This document shows, in pieces, positions 25,359-38,200 of a stretch of DNA of 64,000 bases. Position numbers and translations under genes: made by a program. The number at the start of each line of letters is the position of its first letter. The stretch's first letter is position 1. The stretch is from Amphiscolops sp. MND2022 (lineage: Eukaryota), in the NCBI GenBank assembly GCA_964187785.1, contig OZ076409.1:21702001-21766000 (forward strand). Reading direction: 5' to 3'. The notes beneath the pieces are model-generated. The model saw only the letters and a program-made list of their open reading frames with translations. It made no database searches and had not been told where the DNA came from.

Positions 25359-26561
25359 TTATATTAATGCATCTAATACTAGCCGTGGAGTATGATTACC
25401 TTCCAGCGAACGGTATACAGCTTCAGTGAAGGTACTTGAAGTGATTTCTTGATAATTCCGAACATATCAGGTTAAACTACTCACATCGAAAGCTTTTAAC
25501 TGTCAGAATTTCATCTTCAGGATTGTGAAATATTCAAATTCGCAAAAAAAAAAATCAAAAACAATTTCCCGAAACTTTGACACATTACAAATGAATTCTT
25601 TATTTTTCGAGTGTCTCATTCGACGAACGAAACGAAGTTTACTCATAAAACTTCCACCTCTCAAACTTTCACACTTTTCACGTTCTCAAGAAAGCACCGA
25701 CTTGTATTTCTCCAGAAACTAAGCGTTCTATTTGTCTCATTCCATAGAAAACTGGGTAACGAATGGATTTGAATTCTGAATATTCAAGTGAACATACCAA
25801 CCCACTTTCAAAATTCTCTCAACAATTGGTTTCTTTCAACAAGATCAATATTTAAAAACAATTATATACAATTTCTACATTTTAACAGTAAACAAAGCTC
25901 AAGCCCAATTAAAGAATTTAAAAATAGTTGTGACATTTACATAATTTCAGATCAATTTTAACTACTTCACAAAACATGAGTGAAAAAACTATTGTTCGCC
26001 ATTATCAGCCTCTTGGGTCAATGTTTCGCAACTGCCAGCAGGTTCCACGAGTGGGTGATGAGATGCAGCTTGCTGGGCAGCGGTGATGCAGTTGAGTTCA
26101 TCGATGCCTTTGACAGTGATGATCATTTTTATTGAATCGCGTCATTTTTGCGATTGGATTTCTCATTGGACGCGAGAAATTGAAAAAGTCCGATTACGTT
26201 TCTAAAACGCTCTACTAGCTTCAAAGATTAACTACAGTAGTGATTACGAAATCATCCCCCGGGCAAATTTGAGCTCAATTTTCTGGGAATCAGTTGAAAA
26301 TAATCAAATGAAAAATTTTCATCTAGTTTACAGTAGTATTTGAGACAAAAATTGTGAAAAAATGCAAAAACCTGATCTAAAACTGGGAAAATATCTGAAG
26401 AGTTCTTTCTGCGCCTGCGATTTCACTAAATGCACCAATCAAAATTGAAGGTGACAGCAAATAAACAATTTTAAGGGCTTCATAGCACCTAACTTTCAGC
26501 ACATAGGGGGCGATTTCTAAAACAGCCAAGGCGCAGACAATGTTTCTAAACAGAATAACTT

Positions 26562-29500
26562 CTACTACTACTACTAAAAGACTGAATTGATACTAGTCAA
26601 CACAAAAGAACAACTTGATGATAACATGTACAGATTTTTTTTTAACAACAGCTACATTTCAGGAACATTTTACAGCCACTATCTTCATATTTAGTTTTGT
26701 AGTGATTCCAGTAAATTCTCTTTAGATCGGATTCAAATGCGGCAGGGTGGTTTGGCAGTTTGATGTTGTATTCTTGTTGTACAAAATTGCTAAGTTTGAT
26801 GATTCGATTGAAGAAAAATTCCCGTGTACACTTTAAACGTGTGTAGTCAGACATGAAAATATTTTTGGTGTTACTTCTGAGCTCATAATTATTGTTGTGT
26901 TGATTTGAACACACATAATCCCATATGGTGAAGTCATAAAGGCCCATTGTGAGCTTGTTGAACAGTAGCAGATCCTGCATTTGAAGATGTAAAGAAATCG
27001 GTAAATGGTGATATTTGTCAAGAAGTTGATGAAATGAGCTCCTATAGTCAATCCACTTGAAACAGATCCGCTGCAGCCTTTGTATTTTTTTAAGTCTCCT
27101 CTGTTCGGATGCCAAACACCTGAAGCATAAGCAAGTGCGGGTAAAATGTAGATGCGGTACAATTTAAATTTCATGTCAGGGTTAAGCATTTTAGGAAGGT
27201 TCCGACGTAACATGGCTAGGCGTTTATAATTTGCTATTTTAATATTTATGTGATCGGTCCATGTCAAATTTGGAGAGACCCAGACACCAAGAACACGAAT
27301 ACTCTTTGTTGTAGGATAGATATCATTTTCTCCCATGTGTAGGACAAGGTTATCACATTGCATCTTTGATTTACTGAAGTGTAATAATTTCGTCTTCTGC
27401 AAGTTAAAGTCGAGTTTGTTTTCTTCACTCCACTTCATTAGTGATAACAAATCGTTCTGAAGCTCGAACAGAGATGAACTTGCCAGTTTAAGGTCGTCAG
27501 CGAATAGAAATGGAACACACTCACAATTCTCGGGCAGGTCATTTATAAACGCAATGAAGAAAAGCGGGCCGACCACTGAGCCTTGGGGCACACCACTTGT
27601 AATAGGACACTCTTCTGATTGACAGTTTTCAATTTTAACTTGTTGCATTCGGTTTTGCAAATATGAAGCTATTAGTTTGAGTAGAGATCCACCCAGACCC
27701 AGAGATCGTAGTTTTTTCAGTAGTATAGAATGAGGGACTCGATCAAATGCTTTAGAATAATCCAAATAGATTGCAAAGGCTTTTTCTTTGGAATCGATCC
27801 ACTCAAAGATTTTATCAAAGAACGACAGTAACTGGATGATACATGATCGGGATTTTCGAAAACCAAATTGATGGGAGGATAGTTTGTCCTGTAGATGCTT
27901 GGAAATGCTCCTGAAAAGAATTCTTTCAAATACGAGTGAAAGTTTGCTCAAAGAAGCAATTGGACGGTAGTTGGCTATCTCATTTTTCAATCCCTCTTTG
28001 AATATGGGTGTGATAATGGTTTTTTCCAGGATGTAGGATACACTTCAGTTTCTACGATAACCTTTGATAGGTTGTAGAAATGTATTGAGAGACTGTTTGA
28101 ACACTTTCGTAAAATTTGACCATGAATACCATCAGGGCCAATGCCATCAGTTGATAAATCTAGAGCCTCTTTTGCGATTTCGGTAGATAGTTCTACATCA
28201 TTCAGTACATTATCAGTAAAATCGGTGAATGTATCGTCAGAAGCATTGAATACTGATCCAAAATACTGATTGAAGGCGTTTGCAATTTTGGAACTTCCAG
28301 TAATTTTTTTCTTTTTGGGATCAATCATTGTCTTCGGAATGTCGGAAATTTTGAGTTTTCTAATCAGTTTGTAACAATCATTTACATCACCATTTACGGC
28401 ACAAAACTTGTCGAGGAATACATTTGTGTCCAACTCAATAGAATTTTCAAGTTCTTTACAGATAGTAATGTATTTCATATAATTTTTCAAGTTGAGGCCA
28501 TTTAGTTGCTTTAATTCTGTTTGGAGGCAGTTGAAGAGATGAATACTGTGAGAGCTCAAGTAATCCGGCAACATTTTTCGCTTTTGCCGTTTGCTAACTA
28601 AGAACTGTTTGAGAATGTTTTGAAATGAAATCAGCCAGTCCGCAATGAAGTCGACAGAATTTTGGTCTAGTTCGAACGAGAATAGTGACTGAGCTAGTGT
28701 TAGGTCAATCGAATTTATGTCGGTTGCTGCGAGACTGTATTGTTTGAGGTCAGTTTGTGTGTACATTGTTTCAGAGTTTTTAGGGATACCCACAGATATG
28801 CTGAAATGGATGTTTTTCAATATCAAGAACTTCAGGCTCGTCATAGTTTGAAAATACCAGGTCAAGGACATTACCATCTTTGTGGGTTGGTTCCTTTACA
28901 AGCTGGGTGAAATTTTTAGCAGTAAGGAATTTTTCGGTTTCACAGAAATATTCTGTACTGATCGCTGGGAACTGTGCCCAATCCTCGTTTGGTAAGTTGA
29001 AATCGCCCATAATTAATACTTTATCAATGGAAGCGTTACTGAGAACATTATAGGCCGAGGATAAGCAATTTGAGATTACATCATCAGGAACACGATACTC
29101 ACTAGGGTTTGGAGGATTGTATAAAACAATAATTCCATAGGTATCAATTGATATACCACAACAAAATGTATTGTCCAAGCATTCTATTTTTGATGCAACC
29201 AGTTCTTTTTTTGCCATAATAGCCACACCTCCATGCTGATTTGTTTCACGCACGGCTTTTGCTATGACTGAGTAGGCAGCTGTGAGAAAAGTATTGTCTG
29301 AAGAAGATTCATCCCACCAGGTTTCAGTAAGGCAGAGAATATCAGGTAATCTTGATTGGAGAATACACGATAAGTGAAGTCTTTTTTCTAGGGATAAGAT
29401 ACTGCGGCAGTTTAAAAGAAAGATGCGGTGGACATTTTCGTAATTTTCTAGTCAGTTCACCTCTACCAGTTCGTTGTCTTTGTAGAGTCTCAATTTTTTT

Positions 29501-30560
29501 TATTTTCAAACGGCTACGATCTATGCCACTCCTGATCAATTCGTAACGTTTGGCTAACAGTTGTCTTTCCAGTAAAAGGTCCTTTGGGGACAGTTCAGGG
29601 GTGATCAAAACCCTTTTGTTTAGGTAATATTTTTTCTCGATGGCCTTTGCGATGACTTTGCGAGCATCCCATACAGATCCAAATGTTACAAGTAGGTTCC
29701 GAGTTCTATTTTTATCAAATTTCCCGAGTCGTTGAGTTTCAATAACATTTCCGGAGCAATTTAAATCATCAAGAACCTTTTCGACTTCGGACTTATCATG
29801 CAGTTGTCTATCTATGAAAAACTTGGAATCCATTTCCTCAATTCCGGATATTCTGATTTTGTAATGATAATTATTGTCCTCAGTTATGGTCGTTTCAGGT
29901 ACATGCCGATCTCGTGTTTTAGGTTCTTTCGTAGATATAGGAATTTTGTTCGGCAACTTTTCTTCAATGACGTTTTCGACGATTGTTTTGATATCTTTTT
30001 TAAGTTCATCTAGTTTAGCATTTTCAGTTGAGTCATCAAAGGCTGATTTTTTGCTAACACACGAATCACAAAAATAGAAATTTTCAGACGAGGATAAGTA
30101 AACGAATACTTCCTTTGGTATTTTCAGACACTGAGAGTGAAGCCAGTGAGAACATTTTTCACATTGAATCCAGTCCCTCGTTTGTTGCGATCCATGACAT
30201 ACAGAACAGAGTCCATGATCCACAGCACATGTTCCACCCAGTTGAGTTGTCCCATCACTGTTGGAAGAGGAGACCAGTGCACTTCTTGTGAGAACCATCA
30301 TCAAGTTTTCATATAACCGGAAACTATTTAATAAGTTTATCACAACAATTAGGCTTATGGTTCAATACTCAATCGGAAGGACCTAAAACTTTTTATGTGT
30401 GAAAAAAATTAGGTTCGACAGAAATGCCAATAAGGGCTAAGGGCTGATTGACAAAACGGGTTTTGATTTTAAACTGTTGTTTTTAGAGGTCAAATCAAAA
30501 TCACGAGTTGAACCAACGGTTAAAAATCTACAGTTTCGATTTTCCGTTTACAAACATACA
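26562..30560 (-). mobile_element. Near full-length CR1-group LINE: ORF1 with PHD finger (~30301-29450), ORF2 APE endonuclease + RT (~29430-26642) broken by frameshifts
   Basis: PHD CSVC...WIQCEKCSHWLHSQC...YFCDSC; APE motifs LCLTETW, GGVAI, MGDFNLP, VLDLVF; RT motifs NYRPIA, YLDYSKAFD, GVPQGSVVGP, FADD; (TAG)n 3' tail at ~26562-26576. The 5' end is approximate. Confidence 0.9.
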
Positions 30561-31206
30561 CTCCTCCTACTTCCCTTTGGTCAGGACGACTTGCTAGTAA
30601 TTTGAATGAACATTCAAATTCAAAATATAATCCATAGTTTCAGTATTGTCAATAAATATAAACTGCTTTCACTGCATCTTGTTAAACCTGTCCTCCAATT
30701 TTAGTATCGTTTCACTTTCCACCCAAAAAATCCAACAAAATCTGGTATGTTGCACGAAACTTATAAAAACACACAACAGAGAATTTTTCATTTTGTAGAA
30801 AAACATCCTGAACATTCAAATCTTTCAATATTTTTAGTTATCTAAACTACTTTAATTACCTTTCTCTGCTATGGGCAGGGTTGGTTTTTATTCAGATTAA
30901 AATACATTAAATTAATTAAAAATTACCATGCACAAAACTTTCATTAAAAACGAATTCCGATGGATAAAAAGTTGGATCAGAAATGAACTGAGTCTTGGGT
31001 GATTAGAACGCACTCCGATTGTACAGTGCTCGAATTGAAGGTCAGAAACTGCAGATTCGTAGAGCAAATAACAATCACGTCGAAAAAGTGGCCATTTTGA
31101 TTGATTTTAATCACTGACATATAATTAAAACTCATTCGATAATATTCAGCCAACACTGGGGCTCTGGGTCACTTGAACGAAAGAATTATTTTCTGAATAG
31201 AAATGA

Positions 31207-32616
31207 TCAAAACTTGCCTTTGACCAACTCCTTATAGAGCTCTATCTGATTATCCATGTTCTTTACCTGCAGCTTGTTCAACGCAGCTATCACTCTATAG
31301 GACTCGGCCATTCTGCGCTGCTCCTCAGTGAGTGCATCCAACACACGCTGCCAGTCCTCTTGTTTGCCTTCACACTCCAACCAGCGGACATGGATCCAAT
31401 AGTAAAACTGAAGGGTTTTCTCCTTCTCTGATAGTTCACGTTTGATTTCCATTTCAACTCTGAATTTTATTAAACCATGCTCGTCTGCTAATGAGCCCAG
31501 GATTTTTTTGTCTCCAAAGTTTTGCAAAGTAATCATGTAGCCATCATAGCTCTGATCTCTGGGCGTCAGATAGAAGGGTTCCGTTTCTCTCTTGAAAAAT
31601 TCCTCGCAGTCCTTTAGTATGGAAACAGTGAAGACAATGTATCGGTCTAGGAGTTCAGGTCGTGTAGTGTCCGACTCGTCTGTTGAATTTTGATAAAGAA
31701 TTTTGTAGGTCTTTATTTGGATAGCAAGCTGGAAAATTGAAAGGCGAGCATTGATACAAAAATAGGTGCGGAGATTTCAAAACAACCTGGGCTCCTACCG
31801 TTCAGATTTACGACACCCCAAAGGCAGACGCGTCCAGGTGCAAGAAAAACGACAAGACTGTAGAAAGAGCACAAAATTGGCCCTTACGAGGCTCAATGAG
31901 ATTTCCGCGACTGCAAAAACTTGAAACAAATTTCAAAAAACTTGATCAATTGCAAATTATTTCCTCGATGAAATCTCATTTTATAAAAACGCCCACAACT
32001 CTCAATTCCAGATTTATAAAGAAGTCCCAATACTTTCAAATTTCCCAAAGAAATAAGACCCAAATTGCAAACATAAGAAATTCAACTGAAAGCATCCGAA
32101 TCTTGAGAGTATAACCTTTGTTACTCGAACAAGAGACAAAAGCTCTGCCTTCGATTGAACTTTTAAAGGCAGTCTAAGCTCTCATCGAACGCTTAATTAG
32201 ATAATTATTAAGCTATTATCATTGCGGGGTACTTTCGATGTAGAAACGACTAAACCTAGTGCAATAGTGGGTTTTATTTCACAATAATGACACGGCAAAA
32301 TAGCATTCATGAAATGACTTACATCGACGAAGGAAGGGTTATTTTTGTCGATGCCATTGGGAAATATGATAGCGGACCATATAACATCGGACATATTGAA
32401 CTCAGGGCTGGCAGACATGTTGTCCGTATACAACAACTCGAGAAAAATAGGAAAAACAGCAATGTATGAATCTCTGATAGTCCCGTCAGGTACGGTTATC
32501 TCAAGGAGTTTGAAGATCTTCAACGCATCTTTTTCTTTTACTTCTTTTTCTTTGGTTTCCCCTTTTTCCACTTTTCCATTTTCCGCTTCTCGCTCGATTT
32601 CTTCACATGTCAGAAC
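31207..32616 (-). CDS. MATH-domain protein with C-terminal coiled-coil, no BTB; exons 32616-32323 and 31728-31207; start possibly an ATG-only exon at 32989-32987
   Basis: GT-AG phase-0 intron joins SPEFNMSDVIWSAIIFPNG...SFVD|LAIQIK...FTVSILK...LIKFRVEMEI (MATH-like) followed by a helical tail. The start exon is an inference (AAAATG|GTCAGT). Confidence 0.7.
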
Positions 32617-33996
32617 CTGGTAGGCATAGTGAAAATATCAGCAACCAAAAAACATTAGCTACAATCTCTCTTGAATACTTTTTCTTATTGAAACCTTTAT
32701 TGAACTACATTCGTTTCTGATGAAACTTTTGCTTCTGCAACCTTGTTTGACAAATGAATAGCCAAAGATTTGGGGTACACCATCAAATGTTCCGTGAGCA
32801 TTTTACCGATTTATTTCAGTCGTCGGATTTGGATCTATACTTCAGTGCGTAAGTTTTGAGTTAGTTTTCACAACGACCCGACTGTGGTGGATGGATGGAT
32901 TAATAGAGCCCGATTTCAAAGCAGCTGAGTTTGATACTAACAAGACGGACGAGAAAAAAATAAGACAAGAAAAAACTTCAACTGACCATTTTCAACGCTC
33001 TAGCTTATGCAAACATATATTAACTTATACATAAAGCTGTACTCTACCTCCCATTTTTCATCCTTTGCTGTTGACTGATCACGCTCGTCGTGAACAGTTG
33101 ATTTCCTAGTCGCGTGCACTTCCTTTTGGGCACAATCGAAGTTGGCAACTGATAAATAAGACAACGAATCCATTGAGCAGATAGCGATACGTCTATTTCT
33201 TCACTAACAAATCAGCGGTGATTGACTACTCGTCAATTGTTCAGATAAAAAATCAACACAAGTAAAACCAACACAAATCTGAAAGAAATTTTAAAAATAA
33301 TAGGGCTTTTGGAGCAGAAATTAGCGAACACTTCTCGGTGAACTGACACAAATCAGAAAACGCTTAGTCACTAACGGTTAGGATACCTTAAAATGAGTTT
33401 TCAGGGTCTGCCTGCTGACAATTCGATGTAAAAATAATGCTGTTTGCTCGAACCAAAAAAGCCAGACATCTACATTGATAAACATTTAGGACAAATAAAA
33501 ATTGGCGTCGATTATTGAAAAAGGGTTGATACGGTATGGAAATTTTAACGCAAGCGGTAACTTTTGATCGGAACTTCAAGAGCGGTCAAACTTTAGGACT
33601 TTGAACATGAGGATATTATATTTAATGAAATACACATCAAAATCAAATTCAAAGCTTTTGATTTTTGTTTAATTTTTCTTTTGGTACAGCATTTATCTCA
33701 TAAGATTTCCAGATCTTACTTTCAAGTTTTACTCACTAAGACACTTACTAAGCAAGCAAAGAGCAGATGTGATATGTATCATCACAAATTCGTCACTGTT
33801 GACCGGAAAAATGCTTTGGCTTTTCCAAATCGATGTATCGTGAAAAATAATGAAATATAGAACTTTTTATTCTATCAATTCCTTTACAGAGCACCATTTG
33901 AAAACTGCTGGTTATAAACAAACATAAAAAGGGTGGATTGATATGTAAATAAAGAAAACACTGAGACTCAAAGCTAATCTACTGAATATGAATGTT

Positions 33997-34554
33997 GGGG
34001 TTACAGGACGTTTGCTACTAGGGTCTATTCGCTCCAAGGCAGTTGGGAACAATGGGGCTATTGTTGCTAAGAATGAGAAGAAAATCTACCATTGGATCCT
34101 TTTAACTTGTTCGCGAGTCAATTAACCGGCAATTTTGACGGCGGGCGGGAATAATGTCTAAGGAAGAACGTCTAAAGCCCAGTCATCTTCATTCCCAAAC
34201 TTGTATACACTCAATTTTAGATGTTACTGCTTCAGACGTTATTCCGAAACACTTTTAAACGTTATTCCCCAGACGACAATTATCGTGACAACATCCAGCA
34301 AACTTGATTTCACTCAATAATTTCATTGCTCACATTGCAGCAGCATCCAAATGGTAGCAATTAGCTGAGTAGTGTCGTAGAGTTGAATATTTCTTTTCGT
34401 TAGGATTAGGTATGCACAAGTTTTCTAAATTTACTTAGTCTTGAACTTGTTAATTTCCTGAGCTGAGAACTGGTTTCAAGTTACTATTTAAAATTGTGAT
34501 TCGTAACATTTTGCATGTAGTAGCAAATGTCCTAGTAGCAAGTGTCCTAACACC
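33997..34554. mobile_element. Non-autonomous TIR element (Mutator-like MITE)
   Basis: Imperfect IR GGGGTTACAGGACGTTTGCTACTAGG / CCTAGTAGCAAGTGTCCTAACACC; TSD not resolved. Confidence 0.55.
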
Positions 34555-34934
34555 AATTATTGGCAAAAGATGCAAAAGACAGAAGGCACTTAACCCTGAT
34601 CATAAGATATGAGTAAAAAATAACTCATGACTGAATACATTGCACCAAATATACAAAATTTTTAAATAAAATTACAGGTGTTGCCAGTGAATCATAGACT
34701 TGTTACCAGTAACAAGCTGCGAATGACGCAATTCGGCGCCCGTTTATGACTAGAAACACGTGAGCGAACATTTTGGGCCTTTTTTCATTTGGTTGCTGAA
34801 AATTCAGCTAGTTGGAGAAAGACTCTTTTGTCAGATTGGGAGGGGATCTTATTTTTGTTTCTTTCAAAATGTTATTATTCAAGTCTTGTTCGATAACTGC
34901 AGATTTCATTTTTCTCTGGGGTGATCTACAGCTA

Positions 34935-35107
34935 CCGTATTCTTCAAATAGAAGTCGTCTCCGAATATAGGCAGCCCCCGATTAGAGGCCGCAATAAGCC
35001 AAAAATTTTATCTTAAAAGCCATAGCTTACCGTATTTTCTCGAATATAGGCAGCGAAATCACCACGGAAAGACTTCCAAGCCGCGGCCTGTATCCGAAGA
35101 AGTACGG
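34935..35107. mobile_element. Tc2/pogo-like MITE remnant
   Basis: TA|CCGTATT... and ...AGTACGG|TA termini; a second TACCGTATTT end at ~35028; internal CGAATATAGGCAGC repeats. Confidence 0.55.
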
Positions 35108-35253
35108 TATTTTACTAACTATTTATATTTTGGAAAAACAAAGCAAAAATTTCCACCGAGTAAAGAGTATGATTTGGGATATGATTATTGGTTCAAATTC
35201 ACATTGCCATCTCTATTAAGAGGGCAGTTAAATAAATTAGAGGACATATCAGA

Positions 35254-38200
35254 CTAAAGAGGTGCCACAAACGCCATAGCAGCCTTACTCTTACGAGCCA
35301 GCAATGCGGACCAAACAGGAATAAGAGATAAACTGACGGTGGAGATGCTGATCACTAACAGGTAGATCTCCTTCGAGAGCAGATCATACAGTCGGGCTCT
35401 GCTACCCACAATAAGAGACAACTCGCCCACGTTGCATGAACAAATGGTGGCAACAACTTTCTGTGAGATCGGGTATTTCGTCATGAATTTGCTAAATACT
35501 AAGAGTAGGAAACAGAATTTGACTGTCAGCACAACAGCTGTTAGAGAGATGACCACGCCCAGTTCGTAGTACACGAAGGTGGGGAACAGATGAAAGCCAA
35601 TGGTGGCGTAGAATAAAGAGGTAAACACGTACTTTAGCACGGAAAGATTGTCTTGGCTCAAGTGAAAGCTACCAAAGTGATGCAGCACGGCTCCTGAAAC
35701 ACGGGGCAGTTAAAATTCCAGTGAAAATTCAAAAGCAACTCTCAGGGGCTACAAAAAACGTCACATTTCCAAAAAACAAAGCTGATATTCAATCAAAAAA
35801 TTCCAGACTGTGGTGTATTGGTGGTGAATGGTCAGAGCTTAAAAGCCAAAGATAACCTTTCTGAAGTAGATGTGAAAATTTCGTCGAATTGGAAAAGATG
35901 AATGTAGTGTGAATTTGACTCACCCAAAAAAATACAAGCCAAATCAGTGGAGACTTCCAAGAATTCAGCCAAAAGCACGACAAGAAACAGAATGAAGATG
36001 AGAATGGCTGATTGGTTGTTGGTCAACAACTGCTTGACTGAAAATCGGGAAAACACTTTTTCTGCAGCATTGAAAGAAGTCACGAGTAAACGTACTGCTC
36101 CGTAGATAAGTAGACAAAGAAGCACAGTTTTGAGAAGAATGACTCCCAAGTAGACATCCAAATTACGCTCCTTCAGATATGGCAAAATAGCAAGAGCAAA
36201 TCCCAGGTAAACGTCTTGGCCGGCGAGATACATCTTGAAGTGTTCATCTTGTGGAGAGGACCCGTTGCTGGACAGCTTCGGAGTGAAATGATTGGTCGAA
36301 AGAGCAAAACAGAATGACACCAGGCCCATTTGCAGCACAGATTTCCCTGCAATGGAACAGCGCTAGTTCAGTTTCACAACTACAATTAAATATTTTCGAA
36401 AACCATCAGGAATATCCATCATTATCAATATACAAACAATCGACGACTTTCAAAAAATCCAGACAAGCTCAATAGAAGCGTATCTTTTACATTCAGATAG
36501 ACATGCGTTTTTGAAGAAGTTTTGAAAAGCCTATCTTTGAAATAGATTCACTTAAAATTTAGGGAAGGTATTTAGGGAAAGTTTCGAATTACATGTATCC
36601 GGGACCGCAGTAGCTAGTCGACTCTGATAACACACGGAGCCACAAACTACTACTAATGGGGGAAGGCATCTTGATGATCAATAAAAGTTGAGATACATTG
36701 TCCTAATTTATAAATTACCCTCCACTTGCCGATGTTTTTCGAATTTGTTTTGTGGGACCGTTATTGACACTGTAAGGAGGCTCTGCAGCTTGCAGCGTAC
36801 TGACACCCAAACTCTTTTCGCTGACATGCTCTTCATGTACTAAGGGCAAAAATCCCATCTCTCCACACCAAATCCCGGTTTCAGTACGCGCGGTCCTTAC
36901 TAATGAGGGAAGTAGAAACGTTTTTTTAGCAGTTTGTCAGACAAGACGCCCGCTGACCACTTCTGGGGGACGTTTTGATAAGATTTTTTTTCAAAAAGTT
37001 AAATCATGAATAAGTAGACACGTTACGAACCTAACTTTTTTTCAATTTAATTTTGTATAAGAAATTCAATATTCCGAGTTTAAAATTAGAACAGGGGAAA
37101 ATTTGGTAGAAGAAAAAGCGACGATCATTAATTTTCTTTTCCTATATGAACTATTTGCGGAAGATGAAACTATGGAAAACCTTCTTTCCACCAAAAACAT
37201 TCGCATAATGAAGACGATCAACTAACCTATGACAGATGAGAGTAACCCAAAAGAACAGAAGATAAGTAGGAAGACCATTGGAAAAGCCAAGAAGATAATT
37301 TGCCAATAATTCATGACACGATTCATTTCAAACTCCAGTCCCACATCGAGCACCGCGAAGAACACTCCAATTTCACCCAATGTCTCAATCTGAATCAAGT
37401 CAGTTATGATGTTCACTCCCGACGGGCCAGCAATCACTCCTGAAAAACGGACAAAATTTGTACAAAGAACACAGAAAATTGGGGAATTCCGAAGAGAACA
37501 TACTTATGGGTCACGTGCTTGCTACTAGATGACCCATAAAAACGAAACGCGCGAAAATCCGAAATGTTTTTCAAAAAAATACACTAGTCCACAAAAGTAA
37601 ACACTAACGACTTTAGTAGTTTTATGCCAAAAAACATTTGAAAAACTTTCCAAAATCGAAGTCTTCTTTAAGCCTCGAGCTCAATCGGTCTTCTTGTGTT
37701 GCAATTACCACTAGGTGTCCCAAAGAAAGCACAAAAAAGTTCTATAGAGCCCTGAAACATTTGTCAGCAAATAAATCAACAATTTCGAAATTCACATTTC
37801 AGCCTATCGATCATTTGGAATGACAATTCTTGTTCGAAAATAACCCTTCATATTCAAAAGCCCATGAATAGACACGTACTTTTGACTCAGAAGATATTTA
37901 GAAAATCCCGAGAAGCTTTCGAAATCATTCAAGAGAAAGTGGTTACGTAAAAACAGTTCAAGTTGAATGATTGACAGTAAAATTTATTAAACAGATTGAG
38001 TTGTTTGTTGACAAGCAATGTATATTTGGAGATTGATAAATTTTTGCGGTTTTCTTTTTTGAGACACATAGTACTAGGTAACCCATGAAATGTACACGTT
38101 AAAAAAATCTATAACAAATTGGTGAAGTACTAGGTGAACCAAAAAAACGGAACGCACAAAACTTAATCGTAATGTTTGTAAACAAGAAACTTAAATTCTT

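Noticed and set aside
35789..35857. Possible alternative terminal exon in TMCO3 intron 4 (GYLWLLSSDH...FD*)
   Set aside because: Direct splicing 35924->35693 gives the expected conserved protein; the candidate acceptor is weak and unsupported.
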